Translations under genes and position numbers: made by a program | Notes under the pieces: model-generated | Told to the model about the DNA's origin: nothing | Databases searched by the model: none | The model's input: the letters and a program-made list of their open reading frames with translations, nothing else | Part shown: positions 25,262 to 35,069 of the stretch, one piece after another | How the letters are laid out: each line of letters opens with the position of its first letter | How positions within the stretch are numbered: position 1 is the first letter of the stretch | Virus genome (UHGV): UHGV-1375912 | Source: a virus | Strand: one strand, 5' to 3' | Length of the DNA: 46,159 bases

Positions 25262-26722
25262 ATGGCGAATTTTTCACACGCAAGAGCAGAGTACAACGAC
25301 GCCGCAAAGTCATGGCAGCTTGTCAAAGACTGCGTGGCCGGAAGCCGGGCGATTAAGGCGCGGGGAGAACTTTACCTCCCGATGCCCGACCCAACGAATA
25401 CCAGCGAAGAAAACGTAGCCCGATACGAGGCACTGCTGAAGCGGGCCATGTTCCTGAACATTACCGGCCGTACGCGTCAGGGTCTGATCGGCGCTGTGTT
25501 CCGCAAGACCGCTGAGGTTGATTTGCCGGACTCGGTGAGTTACCTGATTGAGAACGCCAGCGGCGACGGCACCAGCCTTGAGCAGCTTTCTAAAGAGGCT
25601 GTAGGTGAAGACCTCGACACGGGCCGCGGTGGTTTCTTCGTGGACTACCCGACCAGTAATGCTCCGGAAGGCACGCGGCCTACCAGAGCGCAGACTGCAG
25701 GAAAGAACGCCCATATCCACCTATACGAAGCGCTGAGCATTATTAACTGGCGTGAAGATGTGATCGACGGAGTGCGCAAGTTAACGCTTGTGGTACTGGC
25801 TGAGCACTTCAACGATGAAGAGGCGGATGAGTTCACCTTCAGGGTGAAGAAGCAGTTCCGGGCACTGACGCTTGAGGAAGGCGTTTATCGCCACCGAGTC
25901 TGGCGAGAAAGTGACGTTTACGAAGCGCCTATGCTGGACGTGATCCCGACAGACTTCGCCGGTAAAACCTTCGATCACATCCCGTTTTACTTCTTCGGCG
26001 CTGAGAGCAATGACGCTCGCATTGATAAGGCACCTCTCGAAGACCTCGCTGAGGTGAACGTACTTCACTATGGCAACAGTGCCACAGTGGAAGAGTCAGG
26101 CTTTATCAGCAGCCAGCCGACGCTGTTCTTTACTACCGACATCGAGCAGTCAGAGTTTGAGACCTGGAACCCGGGCGGAATCCAGATCGGCTCAACCCGA
26201 GGCTATTCTCTGGGTCGCTCTGGTCAGGCATCAATGCTGCAGGCGAACGAAAGCCAGCTCGCCCTAAAGCTGATGCAGGAAAAAGAAAATCAGATGCTGA
26301 TGATTGGTGCGCGCATCGTGCAGCAGTCAGGTCAGAACGAAACAGCAGAAGCAGCACGAATCCGATACAGCAGCGACAATAGCGTGCTGGGTACGATTGC
26401 CGGTAACGTCAGCGAGGCGCTTAAGCGGGCCATTCTGGATGCTCAGCTGTATATGAGTGGTCAGGCTGATATTACAGGCACCGTGTTCTGGCTCAATCAG
26501 GAATTTTTCGACGCCTCTCTCACGTCGCAGGATGTTCTGGCACTTATCCAGAGCTGGCAGCAGGGAATCATCGCGAAGAGCGACGTGCGCACCAAGTTTC
26601 GCCAGACGGGCTGGCTTGAGGCCGACCGTAACGACGACGATATTAATGCGGAGCGCGCTGAAGAGCCTGCTATTGAAGGCGACGCTGTCACTGATAGCCC
26701 TGAACCAGTTGCTGAGGAATAA
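25262..26722 (+). CDS. Portal protein.
   Basis: 486 aa between TerL and the MuF-like gene, with an acidic C-terminus. Confidence 0.6.
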   Translation: MANFSHARAEYNDAAKSWQLVKDCVAGSRAIKARGELYLPMPDPTNTSEENVARYEALLKRAMFLNITGRTRQGLIGAVFRKTAEVDLPDSVSYLIENASGDGTSLEQLSKEAVGEDLDTGRGGFFVDYPTSNAPEGTRPTRAQTAGKNAHIHLYEALSIINWREDVIDGVRKLTLVVLAEHFNDEEADEFTFRVKKQFRALTLEEGVYRHRVWRESDVYEAPMLDVIPTDFAGKTFDHIPFYFFGAESNDARIDKAPLEDLAEVNVLHYGNSATVEESGFISSQPTLFFTTDIEQSEFETWNPGGIQIGSTRGYSLGRSGQASMLQANESQLALKLMQEKENQMLMIGARIVQQSGQNETAEAARIRYSSDNSVLGTIAGNVSEALKRAILDAQLYMSGQADITGTVFWLNQEFFDASLTSQDVLALIQSWQQGIIAKSDVRTKFRQTGWLEADRNDDDINAERAEEPAIEGDAVTDSPEPVAEE

Positions 26723-26724
26723 GC

Positions 26725-27771
26725 ATGAGCGCAGACGGTTACACGACAGACGCCGCCACGCGCCATCAGGTGTACGTTCAGCGCTTCGGTGGTGGCCTGA
26801 CTGACAAGGCGGCCAAGTTTGTCCGCAAGGCTATCAGGCGCGCCAAGGAAGCCGTTAACGAGGGAATGAGTCAATATGCAACCGCTCGCTATAACCGGCA
26901 GATTGAAACGCTCAGGAGCGATCTGAGCGCTATCTACGGCGAGATGTCGAAGCAGCAAAAGCTCGACTTAGGCGAGTTCGCTAAGTACGAATTCACCTTT
27001 AACAGCAAGCTACTCGGGCAGATCGTCAAAGCTTCTGTACGGCTCGCTGAGCCATCGGCAGAGATGATAGCTGCATCTGTACTGGCTAACCCGCTGGAGC
27101 TAGCAGTAGGAAAGGGCAGGCAGGTTATTGACATCACCGGCGCTCTGGCACAGTTCGGCAGCAAGAAGACGGCCGATATCCTCAGCGAGATTGCAATCGG
27201 CTCCTCGCTTGGGGAGACGCACAAGGAGATAGTGCGGCGCTTAACCTCGCTGGGCGTGTCGCATGAGGAGCAGGTCGGCTCACTGGTTAGAACGATGACC
27301 AATCACGTCGCCTCATCCGCGCGCTCCGAAACGATGAAGTCGAACGATGACATCCTTGAGGGAAAGAAGCGTGTAGCCACGCTGGACGGCCAGACAACGC
27401 CGCTTTGCCGGTCACTGGATGGCAAGGTGGTGCCGCTTGATGCCATCTCGCCACCGTTTCACTGGGGCTGCCGCACGTCAGAGGTTCCCGTGCTTAAGGC
27501 TGAGTATCGCCGGGAGATTCCCGGCTCTACCCGGCCAGCGGTCGGCCCTGATGGCGCTGAGCAGGTCAGCAGCAAAACGACCTATGGCGAATGGCTGGCA
27601 AGGCAACCGGCATCCTTCCAGAAAGAGGTGCTCGGGCCATCGCGTTACAAGCTGTTCAGTAAAGGCGAGCTGACCATTGATCGCTTCACTGATGACAACG
27701 GCAGGCAGTACACCCTCGACCAACTCAAAGATTTAGAGCCGCATGCCTTCGAGCTTGCTGGCCTTGAATAA
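26725..27771 (+). CDS. Head morphogenesis protein, Mu gpF / SPP1 gp7 family.
   Basis: ATLDGQTTPLCRSLDGKVV...PPFHWGCRTSEVPV motif. Confidence 0.8.
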   Translation: MSADGYTTDAATRHQVYVQRFGGGLTDKAAKFVRKAIRRAKEAVNEGMSQYATARYNRQIETLRSDLSAIYGEMSKQQKLDLGEFAKYEFTFNSKLLGQIVKASVRLAEPSAEMIAASVLANPLELAVGKGRQVIDITGALAQFGSKKTADILSEIAIGSSLGETHKEIVRRLTSLGVSHEEQVGSLVRTMTNHVASSARSETMKSNDDILEGKKRVATLDGQTTPLCRSLDGKVVPLDAISPPFHWGCRTSEVPVLKAEYRREIPGSTRPAVGPDGAEQVSSKTTYGEWLARQPASFQKEVLGPSRYKLFSKGELTIDRFTDDNGRQYTLDQLKDLEPHAFELAGLE

Positions 27772-27819
27772 TCACATCTAACGCTGGCTGGGCCAGCACA
27801 CATCCATTCAGGAGAATGT

Positions 27820-28518
27820 ATGACTCTGAAGTATCAGCTTACCGCTGAGGAATTCGCTCAGCTCGATGAAGCCAAACAGGCGCTGTATGTGCAGCAGGGT
27901 GAGGTCTATCAGCTACAGGTTGATGGCATCCCTCAGGAAGACGTCAGCGGCCTGAAGCGGCAGCGTGACGAGTTGCTGGCAGAGAAGAAAGCCGAGCAGG
28001 AGCGCCGGCGCGCGGCAGAAGAACAGGCACAGCGAGAAGCCGATGAGCGCGCCAGAGCAGAAGGAAACTATCAGCAGCTGTTTGAAAGCTCTCAGGCCGA
28101 GCTTGAGCGCGAGCGTAGCAGCCTCACAGAGCTTCGTCGCTCCATTGAGCAGCGAGACATCAACCTTGCAGCCACTCGCGTCGCTACGGCCATTGCAGAT
28201 GGCTCTAATGCCGAAATCCTCACTGAGTTCATTGCTCGCCGCCTGAAGGTGGCAGAAGGGCAGGTACGCATTACTGACGAGTCAGGCAATCTCACGGTCA
28301 GCACTCTCGCTGACCTGCAAAAAGAGTTCGAAACCTCTCCGCGTTACGCATCCCTCGTGCGCGGCAGTCAGGCAGGTGGCGGCGGGGCCGCGCCTAAGAG
28401 TGGTGACCGGGTTACCAAAACATGGGAGCAATTATCCGGCATGGAGCGCGTTGAGCTTCGCCGAAACAACCCCGCCGAGCATAAGCGACTTAAAGACGCT
28501 CATGAGGCATCCAAATAA
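27820..28518 (+). CDS. Scaffolding protein.
   Basis: Highly charged coiled-coil protein immediately upstream of the major capsid gene. Confidence 0.55.
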   Translation: MTLKYQLTAEEFAQLDEAKQALYVQQGEVYQLQVDGIPQEDVSGLKRQRDELLAEKKAEQERRRAAEEQAQREADERARAEGNYQQLFESSQAELERERSSLTELRRSIEQRDINLAATRVATAIADGSNAEILTEFIARRLKVAEGQVRITDESGNLTVSTLADLQKEFETSPRYASLVRGSQAGGGGAAPKSGDRVTKTWEQLSGMERVELRRNNPAEHKRLKDAHEASK

Positions 28519-28529
28519 GGATTTACGCA

Positions 28530-29579
28530 ATGCCAACCATTCTTTCTGACGTAGTTTTTCGTGACGAACTGCGTGATTACATGCGTGTAAATACCGCAGA
28601 GCGCACCGCGTTCTTCGAGTCAGGCATTCTGACTAACAACAACGACATGAGCACGCTGCTGGCGTCTCCATCCAATACCTTTACCATCCCATGGTGGGTT
28701 GATCTGGATGCGTCTATCGAGCCTAACTACTCGAACGACGTCTATACAGATATCGCAGTGCCATTGTCTGTTACCTCGGCCTCCATGCAGGCGCGTGCTG
28801 CGTACCTGAACGAAGGCTGGAACGCGATGAGCCTGGTGAAGAACATCACCAATCAGGACCCGCTGGAGTTCGTGGCTAGCCGCCTGACCAGCTACTGGCA
28901 GCGTCAGGCTCAGCGTCGTGCAATCGCCACCACTATCGGCATCTACAACGATAACGTTGCAGGCAATGGCGGCGACATGGTTGTTGATGCAGGCGGCACA
29001 ATCAGCGCTGCGGCAATCATCCGCGCCAAAGCCACAATGGGTGACTACACCGGGCAGTTGGGCGGCCTGAGCGTCATTGCAATGCACTCTGCCGTACACA
29101 CTGAGCTGCAAATCCTCAACCTTATCGACTATACGCCGCTGGCTGACCAGATCCCTGAGTTCGGTCGCTTCCAGGGCATGCGCGTAGTGGTTGATGACAG
29201 CATGCCAGTGTTGCCTGCGGTCGAAGCCGATCCAGACGCCACTCCGCCGGTTGCAGCTGCTCCAGCACGTTATCTGTCCGTAATCTTTGGCCCCGGCGCG
29301 CTGGGTTATGCCGAAGAGCAGGATGAGGATGACATGGCTTATGAGCGTGAAGAGGCTCGCGGCAACGGCGGCGGCGCTGAAACCCTGTGGACCCGTCGAA
29401 ACTTTGTTATCCACCCACTGGGTTACTCATTTAACGGCACGACTATCACAGGCACCCCGGGGACCACCCGCCCAGTGTCCGCGAACTGGGCTGACCTGGC
29501 TCTGGCTACCAACTGGGATCGCAAGTTTGACCGTAAGCAGGTTCCGCTGGCGTTCGTAACGTCTACCGTCGCAGCCTAA
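28530..29579 (+). CDS. Major capsid protein (HK97-fold).
   Basis: 349 aa in the position after the scaffold. The long antisense ORF 28620-29414 is a shadow. Confidence 0.7.
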   Translation: MPTILSDVVFRDELRDYMRVNTAERTAFFESGILTNNNDMSTLLASPSNTFTIPWWVDLDASIEPNYSNDVYTDIAVPLSVTSASMQARAAYLNEGWNAMSLVKNITNQDPLEFVASRLTSYWQRQAQRRAIATTIGIYNDNVAGNGGDMVVDAGGTISAAAIIRAKATMGDYTGQLGGLSVIAMHSAVHTELQILNLIDYTPLADQIPEFGRFQGMRVVVDDSMPVLPAVEADPDATPPVAAAPARYLSVIFGPGALGYAEEQDEDDMAYEREEARGNGGGAETLWTRRNFVIHPLGYSFNGTTITGTPGTTRPVSANWADLALATNWDRKFDRKQVPLAFVTSTVAA

Positions 29580-29622
29580 TCAACAACGCCCCGGATAACC
29601 GGGGCTTCATGAGGAGGTCATC

Positions 29623-29844
29623 ATGACCGTAGCAAAAGACAATTACATCGACCCAAACAGCAAAGCCCGCTGGGGATTTGGTTCTGATGGTAAGCAGGTG
29701 ACCGTTGGGCCTGAAACTGTCGGCGAGACCGGTGGCGTTGACCATGCGCGTAATGAGCCGAAAGACGAAGGCGCTGTGAATAATGGCGGTGGTGAGAATT
29801 CCGAAGCCAGGAAGGCGACCAGAACTACCAAAACCACCAAGTAA
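29623..29844 (+). CDS. Small Gly-rich head-associated protein (decoration-like?).
   Basis: 73-aa ORF after the MCP. Confidence 0.35.
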   Translation: MTVAKDNYIDPNSKARWGFGSDGKQVTVGPETVGETGGVDHARNEPKDEGAVNNGGGENSEARKATRTTKTTK

Positions 29845-29877
29845 TCATCCGGGGCTTCGGCCCCATTTAGCCCGGGA

Positions 29878-30273
29878 GTGAACATGGCAACGTACATTAC
29901 CGTCGCTGACGTGGATGAGGTGCTTGGCTCTGACTGGACGACGCCAGATAAGAAAGCGCGAGCGGTGTTGCAGGCTAACGCCTACCTGACTGCGCTCAAC
30001 CTGCAGGATGTTCCTGATGTCACTCCGGATGATGTTAAGCAAGCTGGCGCGTTTCTCGCCTCTGCATCGGCTGCAGGCGTGCTCTATAAACAGCAGATTG
30101 AATCTGGCGCGCTTACCAGCAAAACAGTCGATGCTGACGGCGTGAGGGTGACGAAAAGCTATGCCTCATCGCAATCGGTAAGCAGTTCATCTTTGCCGGA
30201 GGATGTGCAGCTTGCTCTCGCCTTGCTTAAACCATGGCGCAGCAATCCTCTCACTTTCAGGGTGTATCGATAA
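29878..30273 (+). CDS. Head-tail connector (gp6-like).
   Basis: Size, position and the N-terminus ITVADVDEVLG...AVLQANAYL. Confidence 0.4.
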   Translation: MNMATYITVADVDEVLGSDWTTPDKKARAVLQANAYLTALNLQDVPDVTPDDVKQAGAFLASASAAGVLYKQQIESGALTSKTVDADGVRVTKSYASSQSVSSSSLPEDVQLALALLKPWRSNPLTFRVYR

Positions 30274-30656
30274 TGGGCATTCGAGACGAGCTACAGGCAG
30301 AGCTGGCTGAGGCGTTCGATACTGACCTTGCTGACGCAGTGCAGGAATTCACAGGCAGCTACACGGTTCAGGCTGGCTGGGACCCGGTAACAGAGACTGG
30401 CGGCGAAACAACTCGAAGCTATTCCGGCCGCGGCGTGCTGTCCCGCTATGAGCTTAGCCGAATTGATGGGGTTAATATTCTGCACGGCGATCTGCGGCTC
30501 ACCGCTCTGGCTAACGAAGTCACCGATAAGCCCAGCGAGAGCCACACCATCACGGCGCCAGACCTCGTTACTGGCCTGCCGCAAACGTATCGCGTCGTAA
30601 CTCTTAACCCTGACCCGGCTGTTGCAACCTATCGGATGCAGCTAAGGAGGAAGTGA
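30273..30656 (+). CDS. Head-tail joining / head closure protein.
   Basis: TAATG overlap coupling. Gene order. Confidence 0.4.
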   Translation: MGIRDELQAELAEAFDTDLADAVQEFTGSYTVQAGWDPVTETGGETTRSYSGRGVLSRYELSRIDGVNILHGDLRLTALANEVTDKPSESHTITAPDLVTGLPQTYRVVTLNPDPAVATYRMQLRRK

Positions 30657-31078
30657 TGGCAAAGGGATGGGATAACGACCCTTCGCTATTCGCCGGGCTG
30701 GTCGAGGAAGAGGTTGGTAAGAAGCTGCGCATCATCTCGATGGCGTTGCTGACTGAGATTGTGCAGCGCTCGCCGGTAGGTAACCCTGATTTGTGGATAA
30801 GCCCGGCACCTAAAGGATATACGGGTGGCTCTTTCCGCGCTTCACACATCGTCAGCCTTGGCTCCCCTGACTATTCAGAACCTTCAGCGCCGGATAGGGT
30901 TGGCACGAAGACAATCCAGCAAGGGGCGGCTGTCGTTGCTCAAGGTAAACCGTTCTCGGTGATTTATATCCAGTCGAATCTCCCATACAGCGAACGCCTT
31001 GAAAATGGTCACTCCAAACAGGCTCCGACAGGTGTTTACGCAAATGCATTCCACGGTGTAACTCAGGCCTACAAATGA
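30653..31078 (+). CDS. HK97 gp10-like neck / tail completion protein.
   Basis: W.SPAPKGYTGGSFRASH pattern. ATGA overlaps. Confidence 0.4.
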   Translation: MMAKGWDNDPSLFAGLVEEEVGKKLRIISMALLTEIVQRSPVGNPDLWISPAPKGYTGGSFRASHIVSLGSPDYSEPSAPDRVGTKTIQQGAAVVAQGKPFSVIYIQSNLPYSERLENGHSKQAPTGVYANAFHGVTQAYK

Positions 31079-31467
31079 CCCTTACAGAGATACGCGCAGC
31101 CATCATCTCCCGGATGACGGCGCAGACAGCTATTGCCTCAGATTCTGTCAGCTACCCAAATGGGCCGACCTTCGATCCGTCCGGCAAGTCCATCTGGGCT
31201 CGGCTAACCAATATCCCCGGCATGGCAGCAGCAAACGAAATTGGCGCAGGGCCGGTAGTACAGCGTACCGGAACGGCCGTAATCCAAATCTTTGTGCCGG
31301 CGGGTTCTGGCTCACTGCTTATCACGCAGACAGCAGACCAGCTGCGAGAGCTATTCGAGTTCCAGACTGACGGGAGGCTAGATTATTTCGCCGTCTCGGC
31401 AGTGGACGCAGGTGAAACAGATGGCTGGGCGCAGATGAACATTCAAATACCTTACCGCGCCGTTTAG
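31075..31467 (+). CDS. Tail terminator-like protein (DUF4128-type).
   Basis: Position immediately before the major tail gene. Confidence 0.4.
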   Translation: MTLTEIRAAIISRMTAQTAIASDSVSYPNGPTFDPSGKSIWARLTNIPGMAAANEIGAGPVVQRTGTAVIQIFVPAGSGSLLITQTADQLRELFEFQTDGRLDYFAVSAVDAGETDGWAQMNIQIPYRAV

Positions 31468-31491
31468 GGCGCATAAATCTGGAGAAACAAT

Positions 31492-32664
31492 ATGAGCTCA
31501 GGCGCTAAGGTCGTCGTCGCGTACATTCGCGAAACTACGCCCGGCACGACTCCCGGCACCGGACAATGGAATCTGCTCAAGCGCAGCAGCTTCGGTCTCG
31601 GCCCATCACAGAACATGATCGACAACGACGAAATTGGCGGCTCCCGTATGGCGCAGGGGCGCTCTACCGGCACGGTAGATGTCGGGGGGGATGTCGGCAC
31701 CAAATTCCGCTGGGGCCAGCATGATGACTTTCTGGCATCGTGTTTCGGCGCTGAGTGGGATAGCGACACACTTACCATGGGTAATGATCGCATCGCTTTC
31801 TCAGTGGCTTCCTACGCTGAAGATATTGGCGTTTCCTCAATCGCCCGCGGTTGCCAGGTTGGCACCTTCCAGCTGACGATCCCCAACGATGGCGACATTA
31901 CAGCGACTGTGACGTTTGCAGGCCTTGGCTTTGATACAAAAGCAGATGACACGAGCTATTTCACTACCCCCAATGACGCTGCCGGCGAACTTCGCTACAC
32001 CTTTAAGCAGGTAACGGCTATCTCGCTGAACGGCGTTACCGGTGGCGAAGGTTTCTGTGTCGATACATTCAATATCCAGTTTGATAACAACCTGCAGACG
32101 CAGCGCTGCATCGGCAGTGGCAACCCGTTCGCCGGTGCCAATATCCCGACAACGTTCACCCCGTCCGGTAGCATCACGCTGTCATGGTCTAAAGAGGCAT
32201 ATAACGCCTGGAAAAAAACGCTGTCAGGCGAAACCATGCAGTTCGGATTCACGCTTGAGAATGACGAAGGCAAGTACGTCTTTGACTTCCCGGCGGTGCA
32301 GGTAGACGGCGACTGGCCTGACGGTGGCAACACTGACATCGTGCAGGTTCAGCTGAACATCACCGCAGCCGACACGCCGCCGACCATCACGCGAGCGGAA
32401 ATCACCCCATCAACTGGCATCACAGTTACGCCTGCTACATCAACGGGCGCTGAAGGCTCGACAGTGACGCTGACTGCAAACCTCACGCCGGCTGACGCCA
32501 CGGATACAGTGCAGTGGGAGTCATCTGACCCAGCGATAGCAACCGTCGTATCTACCGGACAGAAAACGGCGCAGGTTACGCGCTTGAAAGAAGGGTCGGC
32601 GACTATTACGGCCAAAGCCCGGACGTTCACGGCAACTACGGCGATCACCGTTACCACTCCTTAA
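31492..32664 (+). CDS. Major tail (tube) protein with a C-terminal Ig-like (Big_2) domain.
   Basis: 390 aa. The C-terminal approximately 80 aa VTLTANLTPADATDTVQWESSDPAIATVVSTGQKTAQVTRLKEGSATITAK is Big_2-like, as in lambda gpV. Confidence 0.6.
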   Translation: MSSGAKVVVAYIRETTPGTTPGTGQWNLLKRSSFGLGPSQNMIDNDEIGGSRMAQGRSTGTVDVGGDVGTKFRWGQHDDFLASCFGAEWDSDTLTMGNDRIAFSVASYAEDIGVSSIARGCQVGTFQLTIPNDGDITATVTFAGLGFDTKADDTSYFTTPNDAAGELRYTFKQVTAISLNGVTGGEGFCVDTFNIQFDNNLQTQRCIGSGNPFAGANIPTTFTPSGSITLSWSKEAYNAWKKTLSGETMQFGFTLENDEGKYVFDFPAVQVDGDWPDGGNTDIVQVQLNITAADTPPTITRAEITPSTGITVTPATSTGAEGSTVTLTANLTPADATDTVQWESSDPAIATVVSTGQKTAQVTRLKEGSATITAKARTFTATTAITVTTP

Positions 32665-32708
32665 TCTAATTGCCCGCCAGGCGCGGCGGGCTAAAAACAG
32701 AGATAACC

Positions 32709-33146
32709 ATGCTGATTCTAAAAACCCCAAAACTGGATGCCAATTCAGAGCGCTGGATTACGCCTATGGAAGGCCTGAAGCTAAAGGTCGGCTCTATCAG
32801 CAACCCGGCATTCCGATCGCATAACGCAATCGTGCGCCGGCACATCGACAAGCTGGACGCCCGCTTTAAGGTAGGAACGCCAGATTTCAACCCAGCAGAA
32901 ATTGACGTAACTGAAATCTCCGATGACCTCCTGATTGATTCAGTTGCAAAGCATCTGCTGATTGACTGGGAGGGCGTAGGGACTGCAGATGAAAGTGGTG
33001 CAGAGAATCCAATTCCGTACACACCTGAAAGCGGCAAGGCACTTCTGCTGCAGCATCCTGAACTGTACTGGGCGGTGCTAAGTACTGCGTCCGACATTGC
33101 GGCGGGAAAAGAAGAGCAGAAGAAAGAAACAGTGGGAAAGTCTTAG
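32709..33146 (+). CDS. Tail assembly chaperone (gpG-like).
   Basis: Lies between the major tail and tape measure genes and contains the slippery site. A 7-bp hairpin (32672-32692) precedes it. Confidence 0.6.
   Translation: MLILKTPKLDANSERWITPMEGLKLKVGSISNPAFRSHNAIVRRHIDKLDARFKVGTPDFNPAEIDVTEISDDLLIDSVAKHLLIDWEGVGTADESGAENPIPYTPESGKALLLQHPELYWAVLSTASDIAAGKEEQKKETVGKS
33104..33110 (+). other. Programmed -1 ribosomal frameshift site G_GGA_AAA producing the G-T fusion (extension to 33472).
   Basis: X_XXY_YYZ heptamer in the G frame. The -1 frame is open from here to 33472 and equals the listed 33179-33472 ORF frame. Confidence 0.6.
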
Positions 33147-33178
33147 CGGCGCAGAACTGGCTTAGCAATTACGGCGGA

Positions 33179-33472
33179 GTGCAGGGCGAGAAAGCCCGCT
33201 GGAAGCGGGAGAGGTTAGGACTCCCGCCCATACCAGAGCCTGAAATCGATGGTGTATGCACGGAAATACTCAACGCCTACGCGATAATCAGTCGCAGCAG
33301 GCGATATGCGGGGGTGGCTGCTGCGCCGCTTCCCCTTTCACTGGAAGACATCAACTCGTACCTTAGCCATGAGCCACTGCTTATCGATCGAGATGAGTTC
33401 GATGCCGCTATATTCGCACTCGATGACGCAGCGCGCGATGAGTGGGAAAGAAAGCAAGAGAAAGGTAAATAA
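33179..33472 (+). CDS. T-portion of the tail assembly chaperone, expressed only as a GT fusion via the -1 frameshift.
   Basis: It is in the -1 frame relative to G and has only a GTG start of its own. Confidence 0.5.
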   Translation: MQGEKARWKRERLGLPPIPEPEIDGVCTEILNAYAIISRSRRYAGVAAAPLPLSLEDINSYLSHEPLLIDRDEFDAAIFALDDAARDEWERKQEKGK

Positions 33473-33473
33473 C

Positions 33474-33671
33474 ATGAAACAAGAGAATGGGCGTGTTGTG
33501 ATGGAAGCATCAATGAATATTGGTGTGCAGAATAAATCTGCTGAAGACAGAATTTCTGAACTTGAACAAAAAGTGAATGATTTGGCGATCCAAATAAGCA
33601 GCCTGTGCTCATCCCATCAGGCTGCCATTGCACAGATTCAGACGGTCATTTCAGAGCGACCTCAAGGCTGA
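33474..33671 (+). CDS. Small coiled-coil protein (65 aa, MKQENGRVVMEASMNIG...).
   Basis: ATG 1 nt after the T stop with a GAAAGG RBS. Confidence 0.4.
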   Translation: MKQENGRVVMEASMNIGVQNKSAEDRISELEQKVNDLAIQISSLCSSHQAAIAQIQTVISERPQG

Positions 33672-33725
33672 GAGACCCATTAGCAATGTCTTCAAGCTGA
33701 ACTGTTACTTGAGTGAGAGCTCAAC

Positions 33726-33756
33726 GGGAAAATCCCACTCAGTTGGGTTTTTTGTT
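33726..33756. terminator. Bidirectional terminator CCCA-CTCAGT-TGGG plus T7 (plus strand); U-rich on the minus strand too.
   Basis: It lies between convergent genes (33474-33671 plus, 33739-34362 minus). Confidence 0.5.
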
Positions 33757-34362
33757 GTCGGTTGTATTGTGAGTAAATGCATATTGATGTTGGGAGAAAT
33801 CATTATCCCACCTCTTATCATGCTTGCTTGCAACGAATTTCACCATCTCCTGCATTAGTACGCTAAAAATAAGGCAAAGTTTCAGCCTGTTTTGCGAGCC
33901 ATCGGAGTTCAAAGTAACGGTTGTGACTTCATCGCCATGCTGGTCATTAACAGTTACATATCGCTTTGAAAGTGTTGCCTCCGATGAAAGCCGTAGGTGA
34001 TTATCCGTTTTTTCAGCAAAGCTCTGTATGCGAGAATCTGGAATTGAGTGTTTGGCGGGGTTATGAGCTATGTCGTTTCGTAAAGAATTAAGAACCTTGA
34101 AAGCCTTCCCTAAATTTTCAGGAAGACCAAGATTTATAGCCATCTCAATTTTTGCACTGCACTCAACCAGCACGCGATTCTTACCCTCCCCGAATAACCC
34201 AGGGTTATTGCAACATGCGCAAATCCACGACTCGATGAGGCGCTCGCTGAGAAGGTGTAGTCTGAGGGTGGTGCCAACATCATCGTCAATAGTTGCAGCC
34301 TTTAAAAACAAGTCATTGACATCAATAGCCGTGTAATAATCCATAAAAACGCGTGCGTCCAT
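33739..34362 (-). CDS. HEPN-motif protein (putative RNase / Abi-like toxin), 207 aa. Low-GC moron on the opposite strand to the tail operon.
   Basis: Rx4H signature in LNSLRNDIAHNPAKH. AAGGAG RBS. About 38% GC. Opposite orientation inside the structural operon. Confidence 0.55.
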   Translation of the reverse strand: MDARVFMDYYTAIDVNDLFLKAATIDDDVGTTLRLHLLSERLIESWICACCNNPGLFGEGKNRVLVECSAKIEMAINLGLPENLGKAFKVLNSLRNDIAHNPAKHSIPDSRIQSFAEKTDNHLRLSSEATLSKRYVTVNDQHGDEVTTVTLNSDGSQNRLKLCLIFSVLMQEMVKFVASKHDKRWDNDFSQHQYAFTHNTTDNKKPN

Positions 34363-34382
34363 TCCATCTCCTTGAGGTTTAT

Positions 34383-34601
34383 ATGGCGAATTTAACTGAA
34401 ACGTTGATCATCTTTATTAAAGATGACGGCATATCGCTTCAGACGTTGGATGGCCAGTCAGCCGGTTACTGGCCGAATGGCAATATCCGCGTCTTTGCCG
34501 GTCACAACAGGCAGGCATTCCCCGTTCGTGTAGTGCTCCATGATGTGCGCCCATGCCCCAAACATGGACGGGCTGAGCACTCAACATATCCTCTAAAGTA
34601 A
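34383..34601 (+). CDS. Possible 72-aa ORF in the divergent promoter region. Doubtful.
   Basis: AGGT RBS, but it overlaps the region where the HEPN gene promoter must lie. Confidence 0.2.
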   Translation: MANLTETLIIFIKDDGISLQTLDGQSAGYWPNGNIRVFAGHNRQAFPVRVVLHDVRPCPKHGRAEHSTYPLK

Positions 34602-34702
34602 ATGAGAGGAATCCTGATAGATGATCAGTGCTTATGTTTTGCATTGTCTTGCGCTGCCGCCGTGATAAGATTTATCCCATAAAACCTCATGGGGATAGGG
34701 AT

Positions 34703-35053
34703 ATGAAAGCGGTTGGGATAGTAATTTTAATTTTAGGGATGATTGGTGCTGTGGCATCAATGGTTATGGATGTATCAGTTGCTACTTCTGGTGGAATGAG
34801 AGTTAACAATATTGGTTTAATGGCGGATAGACAAAACTATCTAATAATTAGCGGGTTTATAGCTATTGCTGGATTGCTTTTGGCTCTTTTTGGTGATCGA
34901 GTCAATTTCAAATCTAGTGAGAATAATCATGACATTACCGAGCCAGATCCAAACGCCAGCAGACTTGAAGGCGTACCGGTTAAGATGGGTTTAATAATCT
35001 TCGTTATCTGCTTTGCATTCGTAATCGGTTCAATTTTAATTTTTAGAGTTTAA
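34703..35053 (+). CDS. Small multi-TM membrane protein (116 aa, about 3 TM). Moron partner of the HEPN gene.
   Basis: Hydrophobic segments IVILILGMIGAVASMVM, LIISGFIAIAGLLLALF, GLIIFVICFAFVIGSILIF. AT-rich. Own terminator. Confidence 0.55.
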   Translation: MKAVGIVILILGMIGAVASMVMDVSVATSGGMRVNNIGLMADRQNYLIISGFIAIAGLLLALFGDRVNFKSSENNHDITEPDPNASRLEGVPVKMGLIIFVICFAFVIGSILIFRV

Positions 35054-35069
35054 CCACACAAACTCATGA

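Noticed and set aside
28620-29414. 264-aa minus-strand ORF inside the major capsid gene. Similar long antisense ORFs occur at 26497-26958, 26934-27302, 37631-38065 and 32349-32657.
   Set aside because: They lie entirely within well-supported plus-strand structural genes in GC-rich DNA. Their composition is odd (Arg/Cys/His-rich) and they have no RBS. They are antisense shadow ORFs.
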